From NCBI GenBank assembly GCA_964016885.1, contig OZ024743.1, forward strand, positions 15,004,001-15,068,000: a stretch of DNA of 64,000 bases, in the 5' to 3' direction. Below the pieces are notes generated by a model. The model had not been told where the DNA came from. It saw nothing but the letters and a program-made list of their open reading frames with translations, and did not search any database. This DNA is from Eledone cirrhosa (lineage: Eukaryota). Positions 1-12,903 of the stretch are shown here, in pieces (within the stretch, counting starts at the first letter, position 1; the number at the start of each line of letters is the position of its first letter). The translations under genes were made by a program, and so were the position numbers.

Positions 1-1784
1 TTATTCTGCATCGCACTTATACCATTAAGTAAAATGCTCAATGAAACAAAACATGGATATAGAGTCTATGACAAAACCATTAATCACCTGTTCTACATGG
101 ATGACCTGAAACTATTCGCAAAAAATGATGAACAATTGCAAGGGCTATTATACACTGTGAAGCAGTTCAGTGATGACATTAAAATGGAGTTTGGACTGGA
201 TAAATGCGCCAAAGCAACGTTCACCAGAGGAAAGCTGCTGAAGAGTTCAGACATTAATCTTGATCGGGGGAACGTGATAAGAGAGCTTGATCAAGAACAA
301 ACTTACAAATATCTAGGTGTTTGTGAAGGAGACGGAATCAAGCACTCGACAATGAGGGAAAGGATAAGGAAGGAATGTTACCGCAGAGTCAGAGCAATCT
401 TAAGAACGGAATTGAATGCAAGGAATAGGATCGATGCCATAAACACGCTTGCCATACCAGTAGTAACCTACAGTTACAATGTCATCAACTGGTCAAGCAC
501 AGAGATCCGTAGGCTCGATACAAAAATCCGAAAATTCTTAACCATGCACAGAATGCATCACCCTAAGGCAGACATAGATAGAATATATCTCCCTAGGAAA
601 GAAGGAGGACGTGGGTTAATCCAGTTAGACATTGCGTTGAAAACTGCAACAATTGGATTATCCACATATCTAAGGGAATCACATGATTGGATGATCAAAC
701 TCGTTTTGAAACACGAAAGCACCAACAGATCATATTCCATTACAAAAGATGCACAAAGATACAGTAATGGACTACAAATTTCAGAAGTCCCATTTACTGC
801 TGAAATGGAAAACACAGAAAAAGCAAAGCAGGTAAAAGTAACTGCAAAGAAAGAACTGCTACAGAAACTGGCTAAGAAATGGCAAGAAAAGCCTCTGTAT
901 GGAAAATACCCAGAGCGAGCTAACAATCCTGATGTTGACAAAACTTTAACCCATCAGTGGTTGGCATCCTCTGGACTGAAATCGGAGACTGAAGGACTGA
1001 TTATATCCGCACAAGATCAGTGTCTGCCAACAAAAAATTACCAAGCCAACATAATAAAAAATGGGTGCAGCCCATTATGCCGTGTATGCAAAAAACAACC
1101 AGAGACCATTGACCATATAATTTCAATGTGCAGTCCTATAGCTCCAACCGAATACCTAAACAGGCATGACAGAGCTGCACAATACATACATTGGATAATG
1201 TGTAAGCATTTTGACCTGCCCCATCAAAAGAATTGGTGGGAGCATCAACCACCTCCCATACTTGAAAAAGATCACATCTCAATCTTGTGGAACTTTAGCA
1301 TCCAAACAGACCGAAAAATAGATGCAAATAGACCTGATATAATATTGAAGGACTTTCAAAGGAGGGTATGCCTGCTAATTGATATGTCTGTTCCAATAGA
1401 CAAGAATGTATCTATAAAAACATTTGAAAAATTGAGCAAGTATAAGGACCTGGAGATAGAAATTGGAAAAATGTGGAAATTGAGAACTAAAACAATACCA
1501 GTGGTTGTAGGCGCTCTGGGAATGATACCTAAGGGGTCTGACGACTACTTATCGCAAATCCCAGGAAACCCGCGTATAGGAGAAATACAAAAGATAGTAC
1601 TAATGGGAACTGCCCATATACTAAGGAAGATCCTGTCAATATAAGTACATCACAAGTCTAAACACTAAGGATGCATGTGTGAATATGTGTGTTCTTTCTT
1701 GAACATGGCGGACCTTGTTGTCTCTTGAGGTCACTGGTTGTGACTTGGTGATAACTCGTATAAACATAAAGCAAGATAAATGCA

Positions 1785-1786
<2 letters not shown>
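1..1786 (+). mobile_element. R4/Dong-type non-LTR retrotransposon, 3' half (5' part lies outside the window)
   Basis: Contains an RT-to-RLE ORF, then a 3' UTR of about 140 nt that runs directly into (TAA)n, the known target/tail of Dong-type elements. Confidence 0.85.
34..1644 (+). CDS. C-terminal part of an RT + CCHC knuckle + restriction-like endonuclease polyprotein
   Basis: Motifs seen: YMDDLKL, YKYLG, GGRGL, CRVC..ETIDHIISMC, RHD, RPDII..LIDMSVP..K.SKY. The frame is uninterrupted for 536 aa and is open at the window edge. Confidence 0.93.
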   Translation: MLNETKHGYRVYDKTINHLFYMDDLKLFAKNDEQLQGLLYTVKQFSDDIKMEFGLDKCAKATFTRGKLLKSSDINLDRGNVIRELDQEQTYKYLGVCEGDGIKHSTMRERIRKECYRRVRAILRTELNARNRIDAINTLAIPVVTYSYNVINWSSTEIRRLDTKIRKFLTMHRMHHPKADIDRIYLPRKEGGRGLIQLDIALKTATIGLSTYLRESHDWMIKLVLKHESTNRSYSITKDAQRYSNGLQISEVPFTAEMENTEKAKQVKVTAKKELLQKLAKKWQEKPLYGKYPERANNPDVDKTLTHQWLASSGLKSETEGLIISAQDQCLPTKNYQANIIKNGCSPLCRVCKKQPETIDHIISMCSPIAPTEYLNRHDRAAQYIHWIMCKHFDLPHQKNWWEHQPPPILEKDHISILWNFSIQTDRKIDANRPDIILKDFQRRVCLLIDMSVPIDKNVSIKTFEKLSKYKDLEIEIGKMWKLRTKTIPVVVGALGMIPKGSDDYLSQIPGNPRIGEIQKIVLMGTAHILRKILSI

Positions 1787-1834
<48 letters not shown>

Positions 1835-1980
1835 GAAGAAGAAGAAGAAGAACAACAACAACAACAACAATAATAATGACAACAACAACGACAAAAACAA
1901 CAACAACAACTTCAACAGGAGCAACATAATTAATTGCAGACAAGTAAATGCTTTCAATAACAGCGAAAATACACATAAAA

Positions 1981-2038
<58 letters not shown>

Positions 2039-2050
2039 GCTGCTGCTGCT

Positions 2051-2086
<36 letters not shown>

Positions 2087-2174
2087 ACTACTACTACCAA
2101 TATAGCTGTTGTTGCTGCTGCTCTTGCTGATGAAGTTGATGAGTATGTTGATAATGTTGAAATATGATTATATG

Positions 2175-2238
<64 letters not shown>

Positions 2239-2345
2239 CGATGATGCCGGTGGTGATGCTATGTTGCTGTAGCAGTTGCGGTTATTGCGGTTATCGTTTC
2301 TTGTGCAGTTACTTCTGATGACTCCGTTAATAGTGATGATGCTCA
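1787..2345. repeat. Compound trinucleotide microsatellite (TAA/GAA/CAA/CTA/CTG/GAT)
   Basis: Directly visible. It explains the homopolymeric ORFs in the track. Confidence 0.97.
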
Positions 2346-2578
2346 TGAATATAATTTACACCTAGTATTCCATTTTCACACTGTCGTCCAAATATGACAA
2401 AAAAAAAAAAATTATAAATAACAAATTAGGATTGATGGATAAATAGAAATATAAAGCAAAAACAAAAACAAAACCATCTAATGAAATATTTGTCTCACAC
2501 CTGTACATACACAAACACAAAAACACAGTTTATATATATATATGCACACAAACACACACGAAGAGATAATAATATATA

Positions 2579-2660
2579 CAGGTAAAATTCCGTTATAACG
2601 AATACAGTTATAACGAATTTTTTTATACCCCGTGAATTCCGTTATAACGGAATCTCACTG
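2579..2660. mobile_element. About 82-bp Tc1/mariner (pogo/Tigger-like) MITE
   Basis: TA|CAGGTAAAATTCCGTTATAACG ... CGTTATAACGGAATCTCACTG|TA: imperfect TIRs of about 21 bp with TA flanks. Confidence 0.7.
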
Positions 2661-2679
2661 TATGTATGTGTGTGTGTGT

Positions 2680-2739
<60 letters not shown>

Positions 2740-2744
2740 ATTGC

Positions 2745-2924
2745 GGGTTCAATCGTGTGTAACCATATTAAGTAAGGTACTCAATACATTAGTAGAGTGT
2801 AAATATTAGATTTAATATGGAGATAGCTGTTACAGATCTAGAAATGATCCATTGTTATTATTATTGTTCTTCATGAAAACTTTAATAAAATAGATATTAA
2901 AAGCCTACATCGGTATTGAGTACT

Positions 2925-2928
<4 letters not shown>
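2745..2928 (-). mobile_element. PLE terminal (pLTR-like) fragment with a short inverted end
   Basis: Shares the CACTCTACTA..GTATTGAGTAC motif with 11570-11755 and 38790-38955. GTACTCAATAC and GTATTGAGTAC form an inverted pair. Confidence 0.5.
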
Positions 2929-2978
<50 letters not shown>

Positions 2979-2982
2979 TAAA

Positions 2983-3090
2983 ATAATTGTTTCTACTTTT
3001 GGAACAAGGCCAGAAAATATCCAGTGCATTACTGGTACTTTATTTTATCGACCCCCTTAAGGATGAAAGGCAAAGTTAACCCCGGCGGGA
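2983..3090 (-). mobile_element. tRNA-derived SINE, 5'-truncated
   Basis: Matches the 3' half of the full copy at 33034-33225. Confidence 0.85.
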
Positions 3091-3889
3091 TAATAATAAT
3101 AGAAATAAATGTGAAGTCTAAAATCCAATATATATATGTATGATTGTATGTAATTTATGTATGTATATATATATAGGAAGATGATTGCTTAATATTTATT
3201 TTATTAAGGCTAAATAGTGAGTGAAAGAAGACGAAGATAAATGATGGTAGTTGCCATAGCTATAGAATTTTAGCTGGGGGACAGGTGATGAATCTGAAGG
3301 TGGGTGTAGGGTTTAGTGAAACGTTTTTAGGATTGGCAGGATAAAATCGTTGATGGTATATTTATATGTATACATATATGAACATAAATATACATACATA
3401 CACGCAAACATATTTGTATATACATAAACACTAAATCTACGTATACAAATGCTTAAATATATGTAAATACATATATGTATACATAACCTATACTTATAAA
3501 ATACATACAAGGAAATATTTAAAATATTATAAAAAATATTATAAAATATGTTTAAAGCCTGTATACAGATAGCGTGTATACACATAGCTATACAAGATAC
3601 ATGAATGCACACGTAAACCTTAGCATATACATATATTCATATATATACATCTAAATATACAGACACACGCACATATATATACATAGACGCATACGCATAT
3701 ATATATACACACACATATACATACACACATACTTAGGAACGTCAGCACATACAATTGGACATACAATACGCTCAAATGTATCAATAACTAAATACATATC
3801 TACACACAAGTATGCATATATACATACAGATATCAATATGAAGATACAAGTTCCACTTTATGCATACATATATGCGAAGGGGGGGGGGT

Positions 3890-5890
3890 GCATGCGTAGT
3901 GTTGTGATGGTTGCACAGGCAGCCTTCTGAGTGCAATTGTGGCACTCACCAATAGGCTTATCCATGGCGCCCTGGACCCTAACGCCTGAGGCCTATTTTT
4001 TTCCATCTAACCTGACTGCTATCTAAAAGAAAGAGGGTGGCATACGCCCCATCGCTCTGGGCAATGTCTTCCGGACGCTGGCTGCGAAGTTCAGTTTGAT
4101 GCATATGCAACCAGGTAGTTCTTCAAAAGTAGCCCACCGGAACAGACATCCAGGCACTCCAGGTACCTCATTGTCAAGCTTGACACGAGGAATGCATACG
4201 CCGGGACCATCTGCTCGATGCCTACCTCAACGGAGCCGCCTCTGCCTACCCGCTGGCCTACCTGTCATATGGAACCCCGAGCATGCTCCTTGCAGCTGAT
4301 ACGGTCATACATTCGAACACTGGGGGTCAAACAGGCCGAACATTTGGGCCCCCCTCCTGTTTGCCCTTGGTATATACCACATTGCCCGGAGTAACACAGC
4401 CCCTATCAATGTTTGGTATCTGGATGATGCTACGCTGGGCGGGCCCGTAGAGACTGTTTGTCATGATCTACAATCAGTGGTTCCTGCCTTGGCGGGAATC
4501 GGCCTCCAAGTCAATTGCTCCAAGTCAGAGCTGGTGAATGTCAGCCACGATGCGGAGAGCTTTGCAGCCTCCGTCTAGGAGGTGTACTCCATCTCGACCA
4601 GGTACATATGTCCCCCAAAGAGGATGTCAGCGATCCGCCCGCCAGCCGTCCGCTCCACCATCAGATCCAGACTCCAACAACTCCAACCCTTCACGAGCCG
4701 CCTGAGCTTGATCTACGGTAACCAGCTCTCTTCCCGTTGAAGAACTGCTTGGCCATACCGAAGCTCCTCTATACCGTTCGTAGCGCTCTGTGCTACACTC
4801 ACGCATTCTTCTCGCTAACCTCGATACTTGTATCCGAGCGGCAGCCGTGGAGATATGCAACGTCAGGTTTGACAACATTGGATGGCAACAGGCCACTTTA
4901 TCTGTCAGTTAGGTGGCCTTGGCCTCCGGTCCCCGATCTCATTGATTTTGCCGGCGTTTCTTTCGACGGTAACTCCATGCCGCGTCCTCATCAGCAGGGT
5001 TCTCCAAAACTCAATAGAACCCTCTGTGATTAAGGAGCATGAGGCCGCCTGTGAGACGTGGGACCGGCTGGGACTTAGCTCAGTGGACGTCCCTTCTACT
5101 TTTCCCCCTGCTGACGTCAAATCCCCTCAAAGCATTTGGGATGCCATACATTGTAGCCTGGCTTCAGAGAGGCTCACGAGCCAGCTCGACCTGCACCACT
5201 TTGCCTGTTTTCGCGTGGCCTTCAAACCCCACAGTGGTGCCTGGCTCCATGCCTTGCCCTCCTTCTCCACTGGCACGCAGCTGGATAACGATAGCCTGCG
5301 CGCCGTCGTTTCTTTGAAGCTTGGCCTCCAGGTCTGCGAGCCACACAAATATCGCTGTGGACTCTTTCGGCTTCCACCCGCTTTGCTATAACCACAGTAC
5401 CTGCCACCATGCTGCCCTCAATAGGCTCATAAAGCATGTCTTGGACGCTGCCAGCTTCCCTTCCCAGCTCGAGCCGGTGGGGCTGACCGAGGGGACGGCA
5501 AAAGGCCAGACGGCATCATTATCTTCCCGTTCCACGGTGGAAAACCCCTCGTCTGGGATGCCACTTGCAGCGACACTTTCTCCAGCCGCAACCTGATACA
5601 GTCTGCGACTAACTCAGGTTAGGAGGCACGTCGGGATTAGAAGGCCAAACTCTGCAAGTACCGGTCGCCCTCCGACAGGTTTGCGGAAGTACCCTTGACA
5701 TTGAGAATTCTGGGGGCGTTGGCCCTAGCGCTATCCATCTCTACTTAGTACCATGGGCGATGAGCTGGCCAGCCGCATGTGTGAGCCTCGCGAGTTGGAA
5801 TGGCTCTTCTAGCGCATCTCTCTTACCAACCTCCGGGGAAACGCCTTCTCCAATCTGTCCGCCGGGGCTGTGGGGAGGCCAGCACGAAGG
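3890..5890 (+). pseudogene. Decayed CRE-like RLE non-LTR retrotransposon
   Basis: Frameshifted motifs: KKEGGIRPIALGNVFR, WYLDDATL, GGLGLR, SGAWLHALP, C..H.., GDGKRPDG..PFHGGKPLVWDATCSDT. GC-rich relative to its flanks. Confidence 0.8.
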
Positions 5891-6107
5891 AACCCATTTT
5901 TCTAGGTTGTCTCAGTTGATATTTTTTAAACCAGAATTAGTCGTTTAGTCTACGTAATGAGAACCCAAGTTGAAAAGTTGGATAAATGATAAAAAATAAA
6001 AAATTACAGAATGACAAATTTGAAGGAAAAAAAAAAAAAATTACCAAAAGAATAAATGTTTTTTTAATAAAAGACATGTTAAGAAAAATTAGAATTTTTA
6101 AATTATA

Positions 6108-6293
6108 ATAATTGTTTCTACTTTTGGCACAACGCCAGAAATGATCCCAGTTCATTACTTGTACTTTATTTTATCGACCCCGTATGGATGAAAGGTAAAG
6201 TTAACCTCGGCGGCATCTGAACTGGGATCATAAAGGGAGGCAACTCTATTCTTCAAAGCATAGCGTCCGACCCTCTACCGATACTGCCAATCC
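6108..6293 (-). mobile_element. tRNA-derived SINE, near full length
   Basis: Same family as 33034-33225. Confidence 0.85.
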
Positions 6294-6496
6294 CAACTTG
6301 AAATAATATATGAAATAAAATGCAATGTAAGGATAGTGATCTATTCCTTATTGATTTAATGCGTATTTATCTTCATGTTACTTTAATTTAATTTATTCTA
6401 TATATATAAGTCCTATATGGCAACAGAAATTCTCACTTAATGTGTAATGTACTACATACTGGATTGACTGGTTATGTCATATTATATCATCATAAT

Positions 6497-6601
6497 CGCG
6501 CCGAGGTTAACTTTGCCTTTCATCCTTACGGGGTCGATAAAATAAAGTACCAGTAATGTACTGGGTAATTTCTGGCCTTGTGCCAATAGTAGAAACAATT
6601 A
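6497..6601 (+). mobile_element. tRNA-derived SINE, 5'-truncated
   Basis: CCGAGGTTAACTTTGCCTTTCATCC...AGTAGAAACAATT. Confidence 0.85.
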
Positions 6602-7832
6602 TATCATCATAACTACCAACAATACTATGGTCACTGACCAGCTTCTCTTTTACTGAGGTATTGTGGTTGATGTAGACAAATTCGTCTGCCACAAAAAACA
6701 GTTTCTAAGGATAACCCCCACTGATAAAGCATCTGTAAATGACCTGGATCCTGCACAAGTGCTCAATAAGCAGATGTAAAAGTGATTGAAAGTCCAAATT
6801 GACAGGTGGTGTATCTTGTAGGATCTTCCCGAGAAATACATTAATAATACACGTTTCTATAAAATGTTCAGTGAATTGATAAACAAGAGAGAGCCACTAA
6901 GTTATTACCTCATAAACATGTCGCATTTAGTAAGGATCGCAAAATGTTCAGTGGTTTTGGTATCTGTTCATGTACAAACGCTTTTGGAACATGACTTGCT
7001 TATAGTAGAATACTCAACCACATATCGAAGATAAAAACACACTTTTACGTACAAATATATTCAAGCAATGACATAAAACAACGCAGCCTACTCTAAATTA
7101 GAGAACCGTGTAAATAAACTGTATCTGCCTAAAGTTTCATTATATTTTTCATCAATGAGATATATTTTTTTACGCAAAATATTTCAATAATGAATACTAA
7201 TGCAGCTTCCTTATTGTTTAATAAGCGTTAGAATGATAATGCCACGCTATCACATGTTTGCTTGCTGTAAGACTTTTAAGGCACAGTTTTATGATACCTA
7301 CAGAAGTAATTTAGACCTCTATTAAAGGAAAGCAGAACAAGCACTGATATGAAGAGAGGTTCGCTTTGCAAATGAAGTCAAAAATTAACTGATATTGGAT
7401 GCTTCAGTGGAGAAATAAACAAAAACTATGATAATATTCCAACCACAAATTTTTAAAATGCAATAATTATTCATGTTTAAATTTCTGAATAGTAATTGTT
7501 TGAAAGAGTTCTACGAATTTTTATTAACGAAAAACGAAACGTTGAACCAATATATGATATCTAAATAAATGAACAAATATAAAAGAATAAGATTTTTATG
7601 CTGCAAACAAAAAAAATAATAATTTGAAAATGGAAAAATAAATAGGGAAATCAGACAAGGAAATGTACAAACGCAGACGCGGATACAGGCTTAGACACAT
7701 GCAATATATTAATTGGAAGTTTACAAAGATGCACAGACGTGCACGCACGAACACTCGCACATATTTAGATGTCCCCCCCCCCCACCATTTCCGACACACA
7801 CACACATACACACATACTTATATAGATATATT

Positions 7833-7934
<102 letters not shown>

Positions 7935-8452
7935 AACAAAAGGGATATTTAATTTGTTGGTAATTCAACAAATATATATGTTTATAACTGATTTGAAGCA
8001 CTCGACAGATTTCGGGTTTATAATAGCAATTTTGTCTAATAATAATTTTGATATATATATATATTTATGTGTGTGTGTTTGTGTGTGTGTGTTTACAGAT
8101 ATAAGTAGATAAGGAATAATGTATTACTGTAATTTAGATACATATTTGTGTATGGATGTATATAAATACATATTTGAGGATGCATATTATATATAATCAG
8201 TGTGTCAACGTGTGAAAATATGTGTTTGTCTATTTTAGAATATCGTACTATATAGTCAATTAACGAATCAGAGATGAAATTGAAATTATACAATTAGCGA
8301 TGTTTAAATCATCTGGACGAACATCCTTTTGCAACGAAATATTAAAAGAACAGTCACACGATAATAACTGCTTTAATGAATACGTAAATACAAAACTTAT
8401 TATGAATAATTATTGAAAATGTTTTGTCCTGAACGTCTATTATTATCTCATC

Positions 8453-8758
8453 CCGCCGAGGTTGACTTTGCCTTTCATCCTTACGGGGTCGATAAAATAA
8501 AGTACCAGTAATGCACTGGGTAATTGCTGGCCTTGTGCCTAAAGTAGAAACAATTATCTCATCTTGGCGGTGGATTGGCACTATCGATAGACATTCGGAC
8601 GCTATGATTTGCAGCATATAGTTACGGCCGTTTACGGTCTGAGTTAAAATCCCACCGAGGTTCTGTTTGCCTTTCATCCGTACAGAACCGTTAAAATAAA
8701 GTACCAGTAATGTACTGCGATAATTGCTGGCCTTGTGCCAAAAGTAGAAACAATTATT
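8453..8758 (+). mobile_element. Two tandem SINE copies (one truncated, one full length)
   Basis: The truncated copy 8453-8552 is flanked by a duplicated ATTATCTCATC. The full copy runs about 8565-8758. Confidence 0.85.
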
Positions 8759-8779
8759 ACCTTATCTTGTAACCTACAA

Positions 8780-8985
8780 CTACAAACTACAAACGACCCA
8801 GCCCTCCGTTAGACAGCAGATGGATCTCCTCACCAATGGAGCCTGTTTCTTCCAGAAGAATTTGAAGAGTAGGCGTTCCATTTTGGTAAGGTATTCGAGG
8901 GGGCAAGGCACGAATGTCAAGCAGTAGTAGATGACAGACGCTATGTAAGTGTTCGTCACCTCCGCTGGACCTTTCAATGATAATT
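8780..8985 (-). pseudogene. Tx1/L1-clade LINE ORF2 fragment (post-RT region)
   Basis: LSLKGPAEVTNTYIASVIYY...ERLLFKFFW is typical of the Tx1 ORF2 region downstream of RT. Confidence 0.7.
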
Positions 8986-8986
8986 G

Positions 8987-9042
<56 letters not shown>

Positions 9043-9164
9043 TGAAAGAGGGGGGGGGGATCAAATTCATCGATCGGCCTATCCCTCTAATACGGCCGAA
9101 TTAGTACCGAAATTAGAATCCATGATATATATCCACATCCATGTCTATATCTCTATCTATCTAT

Positions 9165-11197
9165 ATATGCCCCGACTGGGACATCGCGACGAGAGTTCTT
9201 CAGGCGTCTGGAGCCATTCCTGGGAACGTCTCGTTTTAGTGTTAGCGGGGGACTGGAATGGCATCCTAGACGCACGTTGGGACTATGTAGGAGCCTGTGA
9301 TAATAGAGGGGGGTGTAATAGCCTCAAAATTCTCATCAGCCAATTCCAACCGGCTGATAGATATCGACTAGACTTCCCAAGTGCACCACTGTGGACGTGG
9401 AGCAACTGGACTGGATCTTCTAGATCGTACTTAGATAGATTTTTAATTAGACAGAATGATAAGGAAACAAAATGATAAGCTGTCCACACATGGTTGTCTA
9501 TTCAGACCACATATTAGTCACCTGCGTAGTAAACCTTCATAGAACACATAGACAGGGACCAGGATACCGGAAGCTAAACATGTTGCTCCCGGCGCTAAGG
9601 CCTACAGTAAACGGATTAGCACCTTAGTTAAGTGCCAGCTGACGAGGGCAATCGTCAACAACAGGTGGTGGAGCTCTCTCAAGAGAGCAATTAGAATAGA
9701 ATCGATAGCATTTAGCAAGGAAGTAGCTTTAGAAAAAAACAAAACTGAAAAGGAACTGGTAGCTAAAATAGAAGAGGCACTTAGAAATGGCAGTACAGCT
9801 GACGTGCTAGCGCTGAGAACAGCACTAGACCAGTTCTTCAACGTGAAACTCGAATGTTGTATTGTCAGAAGTAGAACACGTGCTCTAAGCAACGAGGGAG
9901 CCAAAGGTGGTGGCTGGGCCCGAGTGGCAGAGGCGAAAAATAGCAACAGATCCACAATTCGGTCTTTGCAAGACAAAGATGGACGCATTATACTTGAATC
10001 CAAACAGATGTGCACGGCCTTCCAGCAGCATTTTGCACAACTGTTCGGGCAAAGCAGTACATCGAGCGAAGTGATTGACTTCAGCTCCTACCGCGACTCA
10101 CGAGCACGTATACAGAGAGCACGTATACAGTGGGTGAAATAGAAGATGCCCTAGGCTGCTGCGGGAAACGCAAATCAGCCGGTTTCGATGGTCTACTCTA
10201 TGAGTTTTACATAGGCATGCAAGACTTGTTCTCTGGCGTCCTTGAAGCGGTCTACTGCAACTGGCAGCAGAACGGGAGTATTCCCAGTTCTGTAGGCAGA
10301 GCTGTAGTAAAGTTGATCAGGAACGTTGAGAACAAGGGGGATGAGATGAGCAATGTTAGGCCCATAATTCTGCTCAACACAGATTTAAAGATTTTGGCCA
10401 AGATGTTAGCAGCAAGGCTGGCGCTTGTCGTTGAGAACCTGATAGGGGAAGCCCAATCGTGTGCAATCCCGACCCGGTCCGTACACGATAACCTCCACCT
10501 TATGCGATACATCATAGAAAGGGTAGGATGTAAACCTGGCTTCGGTGGGGCTCTGATCAATTTAGATCAGTCTAAGGCATTTGATAGGGTCGACCATAAA
10601 TACTTGGAAGCAGTTCTCAAGGCGGCCGGCTTCGGTCCCGTCTTCAGAGCCTGGATCGATGCCAGGCACACCAGCATCTGCTCGGCAGTCAAGGTGAATG
10701 GCTACCTATCAGAGCCATTCCAAATGATGCGTTCCATTCGGCAGGCATGCCCCCTCTCCTTCATTCTGTATGTACTGACTCTCTATCCGTTACTGCGGAA
10801 GTTGGAGCTGTTGCAGTGCATCCCGATTGAACCAGGCCTGCGGAAAGCAGCGTCGGCCTATGCCGACGATATAACCGTAATGGAGTCGAAAACCTAGGAA
10901 ATCAGGGTGATCGGCAACCTATTACAAGAATACGAAACGTTGACAGAAGCAAGACTAAACCCAAACAAGTCTGTCGGTTTGCAACTCGTCACATGGAGAG
11001 GCAAACCCATGCTTTCCGAAAGTGTCGTTGGACGCTAGAGGGAAGGACCGGTGAAATTGATCGGGGTCTGGTTCGGTCCAGACCTCCAGGTGGACAAGAA
11101 CTGGAACGAGGTCAAAGCGAAGGTGTTTGCACTCACCCATAAGTAGGCTGAGTGCAAACTCTCCTTGAAAGATCCAGCGTCAAATATATGTCGCATC
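9165..11197 (+). pseudogene. Decayed Tx1/L1-clade LINE ORF2 (APE endonuclease + RT)
   Basis: Motifs: GDWN, SYLDRFL, SDH, RPIILLNTDLKILAK, LDQSKAFDRVDH, QACPLS, YADD. Several stops and frameshifts. Confidence 0.9.
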
Positions 11198-11302
11198 GAT
11201 CCCACCCTGTAAATACGAAACTGTTGCTTACAACATCAATTTATATGTATCTATATTATTGTTCAGTTGAATAGGAGGGGAATTATATGTGCAAACATTG
11301 AT

Positions 11303-11354
11303 AATGCTCCGATGAAACCAAACGAGAGTTTGGAAGAAACGATTGTCAGCTATT
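11303..11354 (+). ncRNA. Type I hammerhead ribozyme motif (core variant CCGAUGA)
   Basis: GCT-CCGATGA-aaCCAAAC gaga GTTTGGaa-GAAAC gatt GTC-AGC. Confidence 0.6.
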
Positions 11355-11569
11355 AAGTGATTTGAACACAGCTTTGATAATTGTATAATTTATTGATTTA
11401 ACTGCTCTGTAAAACAACTGGGGTTCATACATTGAGCTATTTTCCTTACTTGTAATAAGGTTATTAAGAAATTACTGACCTTCCTGTTTGTGGTTGTTTA
11501 TACTATATACATAACTACAAATAGTATTATTATTACTATTATATATATACATATATATATATATATATA

Positions 11570-11751
11570 ACGAAGGAAATGTGGTAAGGAACCAGGTGGA
11601 CCATAACGCACCAAAGTACTCAATACTTGAGGTAGTAGAGTGGGTAATAGGAACCAGTAAGACCCGACAGCTGAGCTCAAGCCGTTTCGACGGCTAGTCC
11701 AGAATTAGCCGTCGAAACGGCTTGAGCTCAGCTGTCGGGGTCTTACTGGTT

Positions 11752-11755
<4 letters not shown>
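11570..11755 (-). mobile_element. PLE terminal fragment with a near-perfect fold-back (about 50-bp arms)
   Basis: TAGGAACCAGTAAGACCC...GACGGCTA-gtccagaat-TAGCCGTC...CTTACTGGTTCCTA, embedded in (TA)n. Confidence 0.7.
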
Positions 11756-11822
<67 letters not shown>

Positions 11823-11932
11823 GTATAATATTTTTAATCCCTCATTTCTCTACATCAATGTTTAACTTGCAATCACTCCATGCATTAGACATTCCTATAT
11901 ATTTAATTCTCCCTTATATGGATCATCTAGAA

Positions 11933-12255
11933 CAGGGATGTGCAATATATTCAATTGGTGCACCACTTTTGAACATTGGAACAACTATTAGGGCCATTCA
12001 TATTTATTAAGCACCATTCCGAAGTTTCCCCACAAATTCTTTCCGTGGAACTGGGAAATTATAACACACATAACTCTAATAACTCTATCAGTGAAGCCCT
12101 TTAGTATAGGTCATCTAAAAGAAAATTGTATTACGGTTACGAAAAGAATTCTAAATAAGCCTGCAAGTTATAAATTAAAAACGGTCATCGCAGGCTTCTC
12201 AGACTGCTCAGGCGGGCTGGATTTTGCCACGCGGGCCGCTTATTGTATGCGCCTC
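11933..12255. mobile_element. hAT (Charlie-like) non-autonomous element
   Basis: CAGGGATGTGCAAT start, GCGGGCCG subterminal motifs, and an 8-bp TSD ATCTAGAA/ACCTAGAA. Confidence 0.7.
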
Positions 12256-12608
12256 ACCTAGAATGATGGCTATAAACATCACATAGAAAACACATTATCG
12301 TATATTTTACTACGGATAAAACTTTATTACGATGTATGCAGAATCTGACGACTAACACCATGTTTCATGCATTTAGTTCTACCCGTTATTATATAACAAA
12401 TTCAAAATAGCGTGCCTATAAAAAATTAATGCGCACGAAATCAAGGAAAGTATTTTCGTTTGAATAGTCATGAAATCAGCATCATTGAGTTTCCTATTAA
12501 TTCGTGGATATCCGAGAGCATTAGAAATCCCTAGAATTGCCAGAGCCGTTACGGAATTGCATGGAATTCCTAGTTTATTCGTTCGGAGCTTTAGCACTGC
12601 AGCCTTTA

Positions 12609-12903
<295 letters not shown>

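Noticed and set aside
1658-2346. Homopolymeric ORFs (poly-L/Y/M/S), and YIYI/THTH ORFs throughout the window
   Set aside because: They are translations of microsatellites.
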